Made by a program: the position numbers and the translations under genes. This document shows positions 8,678 through 18,326 of a stretch of 64,000 nucleotides of DNA, one piece after another. The DNA lies in the NCBI GenBank assembly GCA_963745075.1, contig CAVUWV010000001.1, positions 367,478 to 431,477 on the forward strand, read 5' to 3'. This stretch comes from Candidatus Hydrogenedentota bacterium. Its GTDB lineage: Bacteria > Hydrogenedentota > Hydrogenedentia > Hydrogenedentales > SLHB01. The notes under the pieces are model-generated. The model saw nothing but the letters and a program-made list of their open reading frames with translations, was not told the DNA's origin and did no database searches. How positions within the stretch are numbered: the stretch's first letter is position 1; each line of letters opens with the position of its first letter.

Positions 8678-10071
8678 GGTTTTTCTCCGAAGGCCGTGGG
8701 GTCGTAGGGGGAGAAGTTTGGAATGATGGTGTCAGGATTGGCACGGGCGCGCGTGATGCCGTCGTCCATCCGTTTGCCGAATTCTTCGGGCGTAATGGAT
8801 CCCTCGAGCAACGCGCCCAGCGCGGGAGTCATGACTTGCTGCGTCCATTCCAGAAGCAAGGTATCGAGCCGCACATTGAAAATGCCGGGCGCGCCATGGA
8901 TGCGCGATGCGTCCATCATGTCGAGAACCGATTGCAGCGCCGGGGTGACGGCCGACCGGGGCGTTCCCTCTTGGATGGGGGAAATGACGCCGATACTCGC
9001 GCCCATGTCCGGCGCGTTCCGCGGCGACACCATGAAGCGCGTGAAGTCTGCGGCGATATCCGTGTACCGGCCGTCCGACGGCATGTAGACACACTCGGCG
9101 CCCAGTCCGTTGAATAGTTTGGGATTGCCGTTGCCGCCGTCGACCGCGGGGACGTTGAAACAACGCAATTCGAAGCCCGGGGGGATGATGTCCTTTTGCT
9201 CGTTCTCGAGCCAGACCCCGCAAAAGATCATCGCCGCGCGATTGTTGCAGAACTGAAGCTGGCTCTCGGTGTGGGTCATGGCCATGGCGCCCCGTTGAAA
9301 GTAGTGGGTCGCCATCTCCTGGAGCAAGCGCGCGGCCCACAACGCGTCCGGTTCGCTGAAGGCGCCGGGTTCCAATGCGTTCATGCGATTGATTAGCGAG
9401 AGCCCGCCGCATCGTTGCGCGAGCGAGATGTAGGTGAACCACGAGTAATACGGATATTTCCCCTGAAACGCGATGGGGGCGATTCCTTCGGATTGGATTT
9501 GCTCGCACAAGGTCTCGAACGCGGACCACGTGGTGGGGATGTTCCACCCGTGCTCGCGGAACTGGCGGGCGTCGTACCAGCAGCCCCAGGCGCCGAAGCT
9601 CGTTGGGATGGCGTAGACGTGGCCGTCGCTTTTGTACGCGTCGAGCGTACCGGGAATAAAGAGGTCTCTCCAAGGTCTGTCGCTGCCGTACGCCGGTTTG
9701 TCGAGTTCGTCGTCGAATGGTTTCAACTTCCCGGTACTGATCATCAGCCAGAGGGGCAAGCGGTTATCCAGAACCAGCGCCGGCGGGTCACCGCGCAAGA
9801 CCCGCGGTTTAATCTTTTCGGCAATGCGGGGTTCTCCCCAGAGGTCGATTTCGATGCCATCGTCGCGATGGGCGGCCGTGTATTCGGCCGCGATCTTTTG
9901 ATGCCAGTAGATGCCGTAGCCCCCTTCAAAAACGGCTACCTCGACGTGGCGGATAGCACCTTCCCCGACCTGGGCCGGCCGGATGACGCCGTCCCAGAAC
10001 AAGAAACCGATGCAGCACACAATCGCGACGAAGACGCCTGCGAGACCGGATATGCGAAGGAGCAGATTCAC
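8674..10071 (-). CDS. Sugar ABC transporter substrate-binding protein (resembles NgcE-type amino-sugar binders)
   Basis: N-terminal membrane anchor, VAVFEGGYG, DGHVYAIP, PTTWSAF, AAMIFCGVWLENE. First gene of a translationally coupled operon. Substrate is inferred. Confidence 0.88.
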   Translation of the reverse strand: MNLLLRISGLAGVFVAIVCCIGFLFWDGVIRPAQVGEGAIRHVEVAVFEGGYGIYWHQKIAAEYTAAHRDDGIEIDLWGEPRIAEKIKPRVLRGDPPALVLDNRLPLWLMISTGKLKPFDDELDKPAYGSDRPWRDLFIPGTLDAYKSDGHVYAIPTSFGAWGCWYDARQFREHGWNIPTTWSAFETLCEQIQSEGIAPIAFQGKYPYYSWFTYISLAQRCGGLSLINRMNALEPGAFSEPDALWAARLLQEMATHYFQRGAMAMTHTESQLQFCNNRAAMIFCGVWLENEQKDIIPPGFELRCFNVPAVDGGNGNPKLFNGLGAECVYMPSDGRYTDIAADFTRFMVSPRNAPDMGASIGVISPIQEGTPRSAVTPALQSVLDMMDASRIHGAPGIFNVRLDTLLLEWTQQVMTPALGALLEGSITPEEFGKRMDDGITRARANPDTIIPNFSPYDPTAFGEKP

Positions 10072-10201
10072 GCAGCGATTGTAGTGACTCGTCGTGGAGG
10101 AGGCAAGACAGCAACGAGGCGCGGGGAGTCGTCGTGCAGCCTGCCTCCGACCCTGCTATAATGCGAAGACAGCGATGTCAACGGGGTACAGAGGGGGCTT
10201 C

Positions 10202-11251
10202 ATGTCAAGTGTCGATGAGGTTGAACGGTATTTTGAGGTTGGCCGCGCCGTCGTCCTGCAATCGAAGCGGATCCAGGGGGAAGAGGGACGCGTGCGCACG
10301 TTCGTGCGCGGTTGGCAGCGGGGCGCCTACCTGTTGTTGGATGTCCCGCGCAAAGAAGTGGGAAATGCGTCGCTTCGCGTGAACGACCCCTGCGTGCTCC
10401 GGTTTCTTGCGGAGGGAGACGCGTGCGGATGCAACGCGGAGGTGGAGGATCTCGGCACGGGATCCCACTTCTCGTATATCCGGGTCACCTGGCCCCGCGA
10501 CGTATCCTGCGTTCGGGTACGAAAGTACGAGCGCGTTCACGTGCACACTTCTTGTTCCGTACGTTTGGACAACGACAAAACGATTGAAGGAGAACTGGTC
10601 GACCTGAGCGCGGGCGGCTGCAAAGTCCGAGTGCCGCATATCCTGCCAAAGGGGGACCGAATCGTAATGTCTTTTTGCCTGCCGGACGGTTCCGCGGTTG
10701 ATGAGATCGTGGCGGTCGTTTGCGCGTCGGCCGAGGATTCAGAGGGCGCCTGGGTCGGGTGCGAATACCACGACCCGGAGGAAGGGGCCATCTACGATAT
10801 CGAGTTTTTTGTCGCGGCCACGCTTGCCCGTCTGCGCGCGGAACCCCCGGAGAGTCCGCATGTACTTGTCATTGAACCGGACTTGAGCAAGGTGAACGAC
10901 CTTCGCATCGGGCTCAAATCTGCCGGATACGAAGTAATCCTGGCGCCCGGTCCTGTGGATGGTTTCTTCTGGTTGCGTTTGTCGACGCCGTCCGTCCTGG
11001 TGGCTTCGGCCGAGCAGCAGGTCATCAGCGGAGCGGACATTGTCGGAATCATAAAGACAACCCGTCAATTCAAAAATCTGCCCGTTATCGTATACGGCGG
11101 CGACGCCACCATCGGGAAACGGGCGATGGAAGCGGGCGCGGCATTTCACGTGCCATCAGCGGCCGACGTGCAGAAGATTACCGGCGCGGTAAAAGAGTTA
11201 ATCGAAAAGAATGCGCGCAAACCCGAGGAAACCGCCGGCACCGGCCTCTGA
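10202..11251 (+). CDS. YcgR-like N-terminal domain + PilZ domain + C-terminal receiver-like domain
   Basis: PilZ motifs RKYER (RxxxR) and DLSAGG (DxSxxG). C-terminal HVLVIE...LPVIVY...AMEAGA resembles a REC fold. Confidence 0.85.
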   Translation: MSSVDEVERYFEVGRAVVLQSKRIQGEEGRVRTFVRGWQRGAYLLLDVPRKEVGNASLRVNDPCVLRFLAEGDACGCNAEVEDLGTGSHFSYIRVTWPRDVSCVRVRKYERVHVHTSCSVRLDNDKTIEGELVDLSAGGCKVRVPHILPKGDRIVMSFCLPDGSAVDEIVAVVCASAEDSEGAWVGCEYHDPEEGAIYDIEFFVAATLARLRAEPPESPHVLVIEPDLSKVNDLRIGLKSAGYEVILAPGPVDGFFWLRLSTPSVLVASAEQQVISGADIVGIIKTTRQFKNLPVIVYGGDATIGKRAMEAGAAFHVPSAADVQKITGAVKELIEKNARKPEETAGTGL

Positions 11252-11255
11252 ATGC

Positions 11256-12383
11256 TCAAAACACCCGCAGAACGATGCAGTTCAAGTAGGCGGTTTCGGG
11301 CATGGTCAAGAGGACCGGATGATCCCGAGCGGCCCCACGTTCTTCCAGGACCCACACGTCGCGCTGCGCGGCCCGTGCAGCCCGCTTCAAGACTTCGACA
11401 AACGCCGGTCCGTCCATGAAATGGGAACAGGTGCTCGTGACCAGATACCCGCCCGGTTCGACCGCCTCCATGGCATCCCGGTTCAACGCCTGATACAACC
11501 CCGCGGCTTTGCGGCTCTGGCCGCGTGACTTTGCGAAGGCCGGGGGATCCAGTATCACGAGGTCGTACCGTTGGCCCCGTTGGAGCGCGGTGCGCACGTC
11601 CACGCATTCGAAAATGCACCGATCGCTGAGCGCGTTCCGTTCCGCATTGCGCCTGGCGTGCGCGATGGCCGTCTCCGAAGAATCGACCGCCAATACCGAC
11701 GCGGCGCCGGCCGCCGCCATATGGCAAGCCCATTGCCCCGAATAACAATGCCCGTCGAAGACTCGGGCGCCGCGGGCCAATGAACGTGCCGCGAGTACGT
11801 TCTCCCGCTGATCCAGAAATGCACCGGTCTTTTGTCCGCGCTCAAGATCAACTACGAATTGCAATCCACCGTGGCTCACTTCAACGGAACCCGGCGCCTC
11901 GCCCGCGTTGCGCCGGCCGCCCGGCAGGTTCAGTTGTACGCCTTCGACGCCATCGTGGCGCGTGAGGATCGAGGCGAGGGCGTCCCCGTACGCCGCGTAA
12001 AACGCGCATCCGGACTGAACGACCGCAACCGGCCCGTACCGGTCGATCACCATGCCCGGCAACCGGTCGCTCTCGCCATGAACCCAGCGATAGAAAGTTT
12101 CCCCCGGATACAAGCGGTCGCGAAACTGCTTCGCCTGCGCGATACGACGCTCGAGCAAATCTGTATCGACCGTCTCCGTCTCGCGTTTTGTGATCAACCG
12201 AATCGCGATTCCGCCGGTTGCCTGGTAAAAACCCCTGCCGACGAACCGGCCCCGGTCCGACACGATGTCGACCACCGTTCCGTCTTCCACCCGAGGCAAT
12301 CGCGCGAACTCATTCCGGTAGGCCCACAAATGCCCGCGCAACAGGCGGCGGTCTTCTTTTGCTTTTAAGATTGCTGTATCCAT
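11256..12383 (-). CDS. rlmI: RlmI/RlmK-like SAM-dependent rRNA methyltransferase
   Basis: PUA-like GHLWAYRNE, HGESDRLPGMVIDRY, GQKTGAFLDQR, LDPPAFAK, LVTSTCS and PETAYL. Confidence 0.85.
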   Translation of the reverse strand: MDTAILKAKEDRRLLRGHLWAYRNEFARLPRVEDGTVVDIVSDRGRFVGRGFYQATGGIAIRLITKRETETVDTDLLERRIAQAKQFRDRLYPGETFYRWVHGESDRLPGMVIDRYGPVAVVQSGCAFYAAYGDALASILTRHDGVEGVQLNLPGGRRNAGEAPGSVEVSHGGLQFVVDLERGQKTGAFLDQRENVLAARSLARGARVFDGHCYSGQWACHMAAAGAASVLAVDSSETAIAHARRNAERNALSDRCIFECVDVRTALQRGQRYDLVILDPPAFAKSRGQSRKAAGLYQALNRDAMEAVEPGGYLVTSTCSHFMDGPAFVEVLKRAARAAQRDVWVLEERGAARDHPVLLTMPETAYLNCIVLRVF

Positions 12384-12505
12384 AAGCGGAAGAGTGTACC
12401 GCAAACCGGCGTGTACTTGCGAGGAAATTGTTGTCAGGAATTTGTTGTCGTTCGGGCCGATTCGCCCACCGCCGCCGAACCGTGGACATCCGGACAGCCA
12501 AAAGA

Positions 12506-12534
12506 TTGATCCGTTCCCCGTCGTTCGCTATACT
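12506..12534 (+). promoter_or_regulatory. Sigma-70 promoter of tRNA-Ala
   Basis: TTGATC-17 nt-TATACT, 20 nt upstream of the tRNA. Confidence 0.75.
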
Positions 12535-12554
12535 ATCGCCTCGTCTGAACCCAT

Positions 12555-12630
12555 GGGGATGTAGCTCAGTTGGGAGAGCGCTTGTCTGGCAGACAAGAGG
12601 TCAGGGGTTCGATTCCCCTCATCTCCACCA
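12555..12630 (+). tRNA. tRNA-Ala(GGC)
   Basis: 76-nt cloverleaf: acceptor GGGGATG/CATCTCC with G3:U70, anticodon arm CTTGT-CTGGCAG-ACAAG, GGTTCGATT T-loop, encoded CCA. Confidence 0.97.
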
Positions 12631-12644
12631 TCTAACACATTAAT

Positions 12645-12685
12645 GACCGCTGGGTTACAAGAATGGCTCGGCGGTCTTTGTTTTT
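12645..12685 (+). terminator. Probable intrinsic terminator after the tRNA
   Basis: GACCGCTGGG...CTCGGCGGTC stem followed by TTTGTTTTT. Confidence 0.6.
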
Positions 12686-12870
12686 GCCTGCCCGGTTTGT
12701 AAGTCCGCCCTGATGCCGAGGCATCAACAATTCGAGCGTCACGCCAAAACGGTCCACGCGTGCGCGTAGTGTCCAATCGGTGTGCGTTCCTGCACTTTCG
12801 TTTCCCATGTCGCTCGTTGTGTATCGTTGTTGGCTGACGTTCGCTTCGGGGATTACACGAGGTACGTGCC

Positions 12871-13408
12871 GTGTCGCGATGGAACCTTCTCGCCGGGGAT
12901 TTCGGTCCGTCCGGCTTTTCTGAGTTCGTCGCCAAACTCGTCGATGGTGCGATTACCGGGAGCATCGGTGACCATTACGTACTATGGGAAACCGCTGACA
13001 TCGGGCAATTGACCGGCGCACTACGCATTGGTTGCCACGTTCTCTTGGTGAGCAACTTGTGGTATGTGGGCAGCGGGGATGCCGGGTTTGACCTTACGGT
13101 TGCGTCACTCGACTTCATGAGCCGACTTCGAGTGGCGACGGATGCACCGATTACTCGCGGTCTTCGGATATGCCGAGGAAGCGAACTACGCCGGCATGCT
13201 GATTCATGCAGGCGCCGACTTCGCGACTCGTGTTCCGTTTGATCCGAAGCTGTTTCAGGAAGGGTGTTGCGCTTTCTTACTCCCCTCCCGTGAAGATGCT
13301 GTAGTCGCGCATTACCTGCTAATCGTATTGCGTGATTTGGTTAGGGCAGTGTATTATGGCGGGTGTACCGGGACGATGCAATATTACAACGCCACGGCAC
13401 AAGTGTGA
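12871..13408 (+). pseudogene. Frameshifted ORF with a receiver-like C-terminus
   Basis: Removing one base near 13153 joins ...FMSRLRVATDAPI to LAVFGYAEEANYAGMLIHAGADFATRVPFDP, which resembles the beta4-beta5 region of a REC domain. Confidence 0.45.
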
Positions 13409-13579
13409 ACACGGTATCACTCGTCAAGCTGGTTTGAATGACGAATAGCCTAAGACGATTAGGATGAGAAGTAGAGATAAGAGCTAAGCGAACAAGTCGC
13501 TGGACATGTATCGCCTGGAGCAACACCGGCTGCGCCGTCAGATGAACTGTCGGCGTGAGTGTTACCCAAGGAGAAGGCA

Positions 13580-13855
13580 ATGACCAAAAAGTATTGGCCA
13601 ACGGAACGGCAGAAGCGAAGGCAATGTCTGGCAGCAGTGATACTAACAATATGTGCTGTGCTCGACGCATACGTACTTCTTAGGAACTTCGATGCTTCGT
13701 ATGTGTTGGTCGAGATTCTCCTGGTAGCGTGCGCGGTTTTGCAGTGGAGCATCTACCTCAGCATTCAGACACAACTCGACATTAAGGCAATCCTGACGAG
13801 TCAAGAACCAGATGACGATGGGGCGCATAACAAGCCGAATGCAGGAGACGCTTGA
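13580..13855 (+). CDS. Small two-TM membrane protein, cassette-like
   Basis: AAGGAG RBS, two hydrophobic helices; the stop codon lies inside the attC-like hairpin. Confidence 0.6.
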   Translation: MTKKYWPTERQKRRQCLAAVILTICAVLDAYVLLRNFDASYVLVEILLVACAVLQWSIYLSIQTQLDIKAILTSQEPDDDGAHNKPNAGDA

Positions 13856-13882
13856 CAGCGCTCTTAGTCCGTGACGTACCGC
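13825..13882 (+). mobile_element. Degenerate integron attC-like site
   Basis: GCATAAC-AAGCCGAATGCAGGAGACGCT-TGAC-AGCGCTCTTAGTCCGTGAC-GTACCGC: an imperfect hairpin starting at an AAC box and overlapping the ORF end. Confidence 0.5.
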
Positions 13883-14010
13883 ACCGATTGAGAATATACG
13901 CAAACAAGCTCCGCCGAATGGCAGGCCAAACACGATGAGGTGCTGCACGAAAAGTGGAGAGTTGACGAGGGTATCATGCGGCGAATTGACCAAGGGAAAT
14001 GGGGGAACGT

Positions 14011-14473
14011 ATGGAGTACGACACGTCGGTTGCGTTCCACGGGCCGGCCGGGGGAGCCATTGAAAAGGCGCGTTTGAGCGTCACGTCGAACGGCTTCAAA
14101 CTGGGCCACGTCAGCGAGACGCAACTGGTGGCGACCGGCCCGGGGATGCACAGCACGAAGCAGAGTCCGATACTGGGCGCAACGCGCATTACGATCACTG
14201 TTTCCGGAGGCTTTATCGACGTGCAGGCTGCACTTGGGGCGTCACGTTCATGCAACTGTTTGTGTTTCTCTTTCCTCCGGCTCTTGTGGGGATTCTGACC
14301 TTCAGCTTTTGCTTCAGGCCAGAAGTTCCGAAGCATATCTTACTCCTACCGCTTGCGCGACTTTTGCCATGGGCGGTTATATCGCCCTGATGGCCCGGGG
14401 CATCAAGAACCGGACGAGGGAGGCACTGGATGATTTCGCCCAGTACATTGCATTCGTTGGGTTGACGGATTAA
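14011..14473 (+). pseudogene. Membrane protein gene with several frameshifts, cassette-like
   Basis: MEYDTSVAF...GPGMHSTKQSPILGATRI continues in other frames as FMQLFVFLFPPALVG and LMARGIKNRTREALDD. It ends in GATTAAC followed by a short hairpin. Confidence 0.55.
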
Positions 14474-14955
14474 CCAGCGCATGCGGCAGTCCGCGGATAC
14501 GCCGAACGTCAGGCAGCGGCCAATGCGCTCTCCTTAGTGAAGTACCCCAGCGCCGGTTGAAAAGGGCCTTAGGCGTTAGCCTACTTGGCGGATTGGGTTG
14601 CGAGGAGATGGGGCTGACCTGGCCCTGAGTTTCTGCGAAAGGCGTCGATGTGCGGAAGGCTACCTCAGGAGGGTTGAGAATTCCAGACTAAACTTTCTTC
14701 CGCGGCCCATCCATGGTCAACCCAGAACCGTTGGGCGCCGTTTCGGAAGATTTCGGCTGGGATGGCGGTGCGTTGACATTTGGTCACACCGGACTATAGC
14801 CTTCGCTGCGCAACTCTTCGGTCAGGGTAGCAATCGTCGTATGACAGTGGATCGACTCTTTGGCGATTCATGATGGGAACACCGCATTCCGTCGCGGGAG
14901 AAGCAGGGGCGCCGCAGCGAGTGGGCGCGACCGTTACCGACGGGGAGGTTATGGG

Positions 14956-15981
14956 ATGTCGCGATATCTGGCCGGTTCTTGGCGGTCCGGAATCCGAGTG
15001 GCGTTGGTATCCGGCGTACTCGTTTTCATCGTCTGTGTCACGACGGGATGTCCAACCAGCCCACCTTATATCGAGATCAGCGAATCGCAGCACGTGTTCG
15101 GGCAGGATGAAAACCAGTGGGTGTTTCACGTTCGGAACAGTGGTGGGAGGGGGGCTATGTTCTTCCAGGTCGCCGCAACTGTTTCGTGGCTGGAGGTGCG
15201 GCCGGAGCGAGCGTTCAGCCTGGGTCCGAATGACCTGGTACCGGTTTGGGTTCACGTTCGCCGGTCTTCCATTCCGAAGGCTTCGGTACAAGCGCGGGTC
15301 GTCGTGTCATCTACGCAGGCGCCCTATGACAGCGCTGCAGCAGTTTATCTGGATACCGGAAGCTCGGACGAAGTCTTTGTGCGGGATTACTTCCCGTTGC
15401 GTAAGGGGGCTACGTGGCGGTATTCGCCTTCGGGGCTGAAAGGATCGCCCGGCGAACCGTGGAGTGAGCTGCAAATACAACGGGTCTTCTACCGGGGCGG
15501 CATTCGTGTCGCGGAGGCGACCTATCGTATTGCCGGCGAGGCCAAGGTTGCCGTCGTGTACATCGCGTTGATTTCTGAGATACCGGTGGTGGTGAGGAGT
15601 AACACGCGAGCAATTCAGTCGCTGCCAAATACCGAGCGATTTTGGGATCTTGCATTTGACGACGTTGTTCCGTCGTGGTTATTTACCGGCGTATATGAAC
15701 CGGGGGTCGATCAACTGAACTCCAACACGACTCGGTACAGCACGGCGCCTTTGAACGATCTGACCCCCATTCATGTTGAAAGCGGCGACCTTGGACCCTA
15801 CGAGTCCGGCGCGTTCGGGGTAGACGGCGATACGCCCTGCCTCGCGACGCATACGCCGACGGGGCCTCCGTGGTCGGATGTGCGCTACTACGTCGATCTG
15901 TTAGGGCGTGGTATTGGCCCGTTGCTTGATCCTTTTGGCAATGGCGCGTTGATTTTCTTCGATCCGGGCGAAACACCGTAA
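14956..15981 (+). CDS. Putative lipoprotein with a BACON-like Ig domain
   Basis: GGAGG RBS, lipobox TTGC-P, VRNSGG...VSWLEVRP pattern, then DYFPL..GATWRY. Confidence 0.7.
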   Translation: MSRYLAGSWRSGIRVALVSGVLVFIVCVTTGCPTSPPYIEISESQHVFGQDENQWVFHVRNSGGRGAMFFQVAATVSWLEVRPERAFSLGPNDLVPVWVHVRRSSIPKASVQARVVVSSTQAPYDSAAAVYLDTGSSDEVFVRDYFPLRKGATWRYSPSGLKGSPGEPWSELQIQRVFYRGGIRVAEATYRIAGEAKVAVVYIALISEIPVVVRSNTRAIQSLPNTERFWDLAFDDVVPSWLFTGVYEPGVDQLNSNTTRYSTAPLNDLTPIHVESGDLGPYESGAFGVDGDTPCLATHTPTGPPWSDVRYYVDLLGRGIGPLLDPFGNGALIFFDPGETP

Positions 15982-16259
15982 CCACGTTCTACGCGGGTGT
16001 GGGCTATCGGCATCTGCTGGAGCGGCGGAAACCACGGAATCTGGATCGTTCGCTCTCGGCGAAACCTTCACGACGATGTGAGAAGAATCTCGCGCAGCAA
16101 AGAGCCGGTTGGGCTGGTTCGCGTGCTCTTCCGGAATTCTTGCCCGGTTTTTGGAATCATTTCGTACATTGCGCGTTTTCGTGCACGTCCCTATAATCAG
16201 CGCCGGATCGGTTTTTCATTGAACGATAGTGCTTCGGAACCATTGGATGTGTGCGTGCC

Positions 16260-18086
16260 ATGGGCAGATGGCTTCTTCATAGTCTTCAGGGTAGGGTGCT
16301 GCTGACGCTGTTGGTGCTTGCGATGGCGCCGTTGGGAATAGCGGCGTTTCAGGGGTACCACTGCGCCCGGCAAGCGGTAAACGATCTGGTGCAGAAACAC
16401 TTGCTGTCGGTTGTGCGGACGCGGGAAGCCATGATCGAGGCGTGGTATGGTGAGCGGGTGAAGGACATCAAGACCGTGGCATCGTTGCCGGATGTGGTCA
16501 AGAAGGTTCTGAAGGCGGATTCGGCGGGGAAGAGCGAGTCCGACCCGGCGCTGGATACATTGCTCTCGGACATTGAACTTCAGGATTCGGCGTTCGAGAG
16601 TTTGTCCGTGTATACGCTTGACTGGCATCTGGTGGCCCGAGCGGAGTTTGGTGAGCACCGGAGCGAGGACCTTTTGACCAAGCGCCTCATGTCCGATCTC
16701 GAAGCCGCGGAAGGTGTTTTCCTTGAAGAAGTGCACATGCACCACGACGCAAACGCGGGCGCGCATATCGGCGACAGCATCCAGGACAAGGCGGGAACGG
16801 ACATCGGATATCTGGTTGGCAATCTGAACCTCACCAAGAGCATTGCGCCGTTGTTACAGGAGCGGAGCGGCTTGTGGAACACGGGGAAGGCTTACCTCAC
16901 GAACGGTGATCTGGAAATCATTACGGAGCCCTTTACGGAGGGCCGGCGGGTATCCTTCGAGAAAAAGGCTCCGACAGCGGTGGAAGCATGTATCGCGGGT
17001 GGAACTTCCCAGGTTCTCAGTTACAAGGACTATCGCGGTCACGAGGTTCTTGGAACGGCGGTTCGCCTGCCGATCGACAATTGGGCGCTGGTGGCAGAGA
17101 TCGACCGGTCGGAAGCGTTGAAATGGCTGAACCGGCTGATCTTTCGGGCGTCGCTTACGGTTCTCGTCACCCTGATTGTCGTGGTGGCAGCTTCCATGTG
17201 GATGTCGTCCTTTCTGGGGCGTCCTCTCCGGCAGTTGGTGACCATTGCCAACCGGATACGGGGCGGCCAGACGAGTGAACGCGTGCAGCCGACGCAGATA
17301 GTCGAGGCCGACGAGGTTGGTATGGCGTTCAATGAGATGCTGGATGAACTGCGAACCCAGCAGGACTTTGTGGCGCGAACGACGGCACTGGCGAGTATGG
17401 GCGAGATGACATCGAGTATCGTGCATGAAATGCGAAATCCGCTCTCGTCGGTGAAGATGAACCTTCAGGCTTTGTCGCGGTCGTTGGAACCTGGGAATCC
17501 GAACACGGAAGTGGCCGAGATCGCATCCAATCAGATTGCCCGCATCGAAAACATGCTGACGGATTTGCTGCAGTTCGGACGGCCGGTTTCGATCCAGAAG
17601 ACGGAAGTATTTTTCGAGGACCTCGTTCAAGCATGCACTCGTATCGCAGGCGACACGATGCGCGAGAAGGAAATCCGGTGCGAGGCGGATTGTGCGTTGG
17701 ACGAAAGCGTCCTTTTTGTCGACGAGGAGCAGATGTGTCGCGCGTTGTCCAACCTCATCCTTAATGCGGTACAGGCATCGCCCGCGCAGTCCGAGGTTCG
17801 TGTCACGTTGCGGCCATCCCGTCGCGGGGAGCGTTTCGTGGACATCGACGTGGAGGACTCGGGTCCGGGTCTCACCGAGATGGCGCTGAAGAAAGTTTTT
17901 CAGCCGTTTTTCACAACCAAGCCGGGCGGGACCGGGCTTGGCCTCGCAAACGTGAAGAAGATCGTGGAGCTTCATGGTGGATCCGCTTCGGCCGAGAACG
18001 CGGAGCCGGGTGGTGCGGTGTTTCGTATCACCATTCCGCGCGCGGCCCATTCCGTCCAATTGGACGTGTTTCAGGTAAGGCAATAG
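16260..18086 (+). CDS. Sensor histidine kinase (periplasmic Cache-like, HAMP, HisKA, HATPase)
   Basis: Two TM helices, H-box VHEMRNPL, N-box NLILNAVQA, DSGPG, FQPFFTTK and GTGLGL. Confidence 0.95.
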   Translation: MGRWLLHSLQGRVLLTLLVLAMAPLGIAAFQGYHCARQAVNDLVQKHLLSVVRTREAMIEAWYGERVKDIKTVASLPDVVKKVLKADSAGKSESDPALDTLLSDIELQDSAFESLSVYTLDWHLVARAEFGEHRSEDLLTKRLMSDLEAAEGVFLEEVHMHHDANAGAHIGDSIQDKAGTDIGYLVGNLNLTKSIAPLLQERSGLWNTGKAYLTNGDLEIITEPFTEGRRVSFEKKAPTAVEACIAGGTSQVLSYKDYRGHEVLGTAVRLPIDNWALVAEIDRSEALKWLNRLIFRASLTVLVTLIVVVAASMWMSSFLGRPLRQLVTIANRIRGGQTSERVQPTQIVEADEVGMAFNEMLDELRTQQDFVARTTALASMGEMTSSIVHEMRNPLSSVKMNLQALSRSLEPGNPNTEVAEIASNQIARIENMLTDLLQFGRPVSIQKTEVFFEDLVQACTRIAGDTMREKEIRCEADCALDESVLFVDEEQMCRALSNLILNAVQASPAQSEVRVTLRPSRRGERFVDIDVEDSGPGLTEMALKKVFQPFFTTKPGGTGLGLANVKKIVELHGGSASAENAEPGGAVFRITIPRAAHSVQLDVFQVRQ

Positions 18087-18185
18087 CCACTGCGCTGGTC
18101 AGAATCTGTCCAGGGCGAGCGGTAAACCGAAGTTTGAAGGTGTATTATTTTTTATTAACATGACTGAGACTATGGATTTCGGAGG

Positions 18186-18201
18186 TGGCATGATCGTTGC
18201 G
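18186..18201 (+). promoter_or_regulatory. Sigma-54 (-24/-12) promoter upstream of the activator gene
   Basis: TGGCATGATCGTTGCG matches GG-N10-GC. Confidence 0.7.
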
Positions 18202-18326
18202 TTGGCGGCACCAGAGTGCAGAACGCCAGGCACGTGTTCCGGGCGTGAACAGGATTGGTGCTCGATATGCTTGCTCCAGCGTCAAACTTTTCGGTTGCGG
18301 AATGCAGGGAGCTGGGGACCCGAAGT

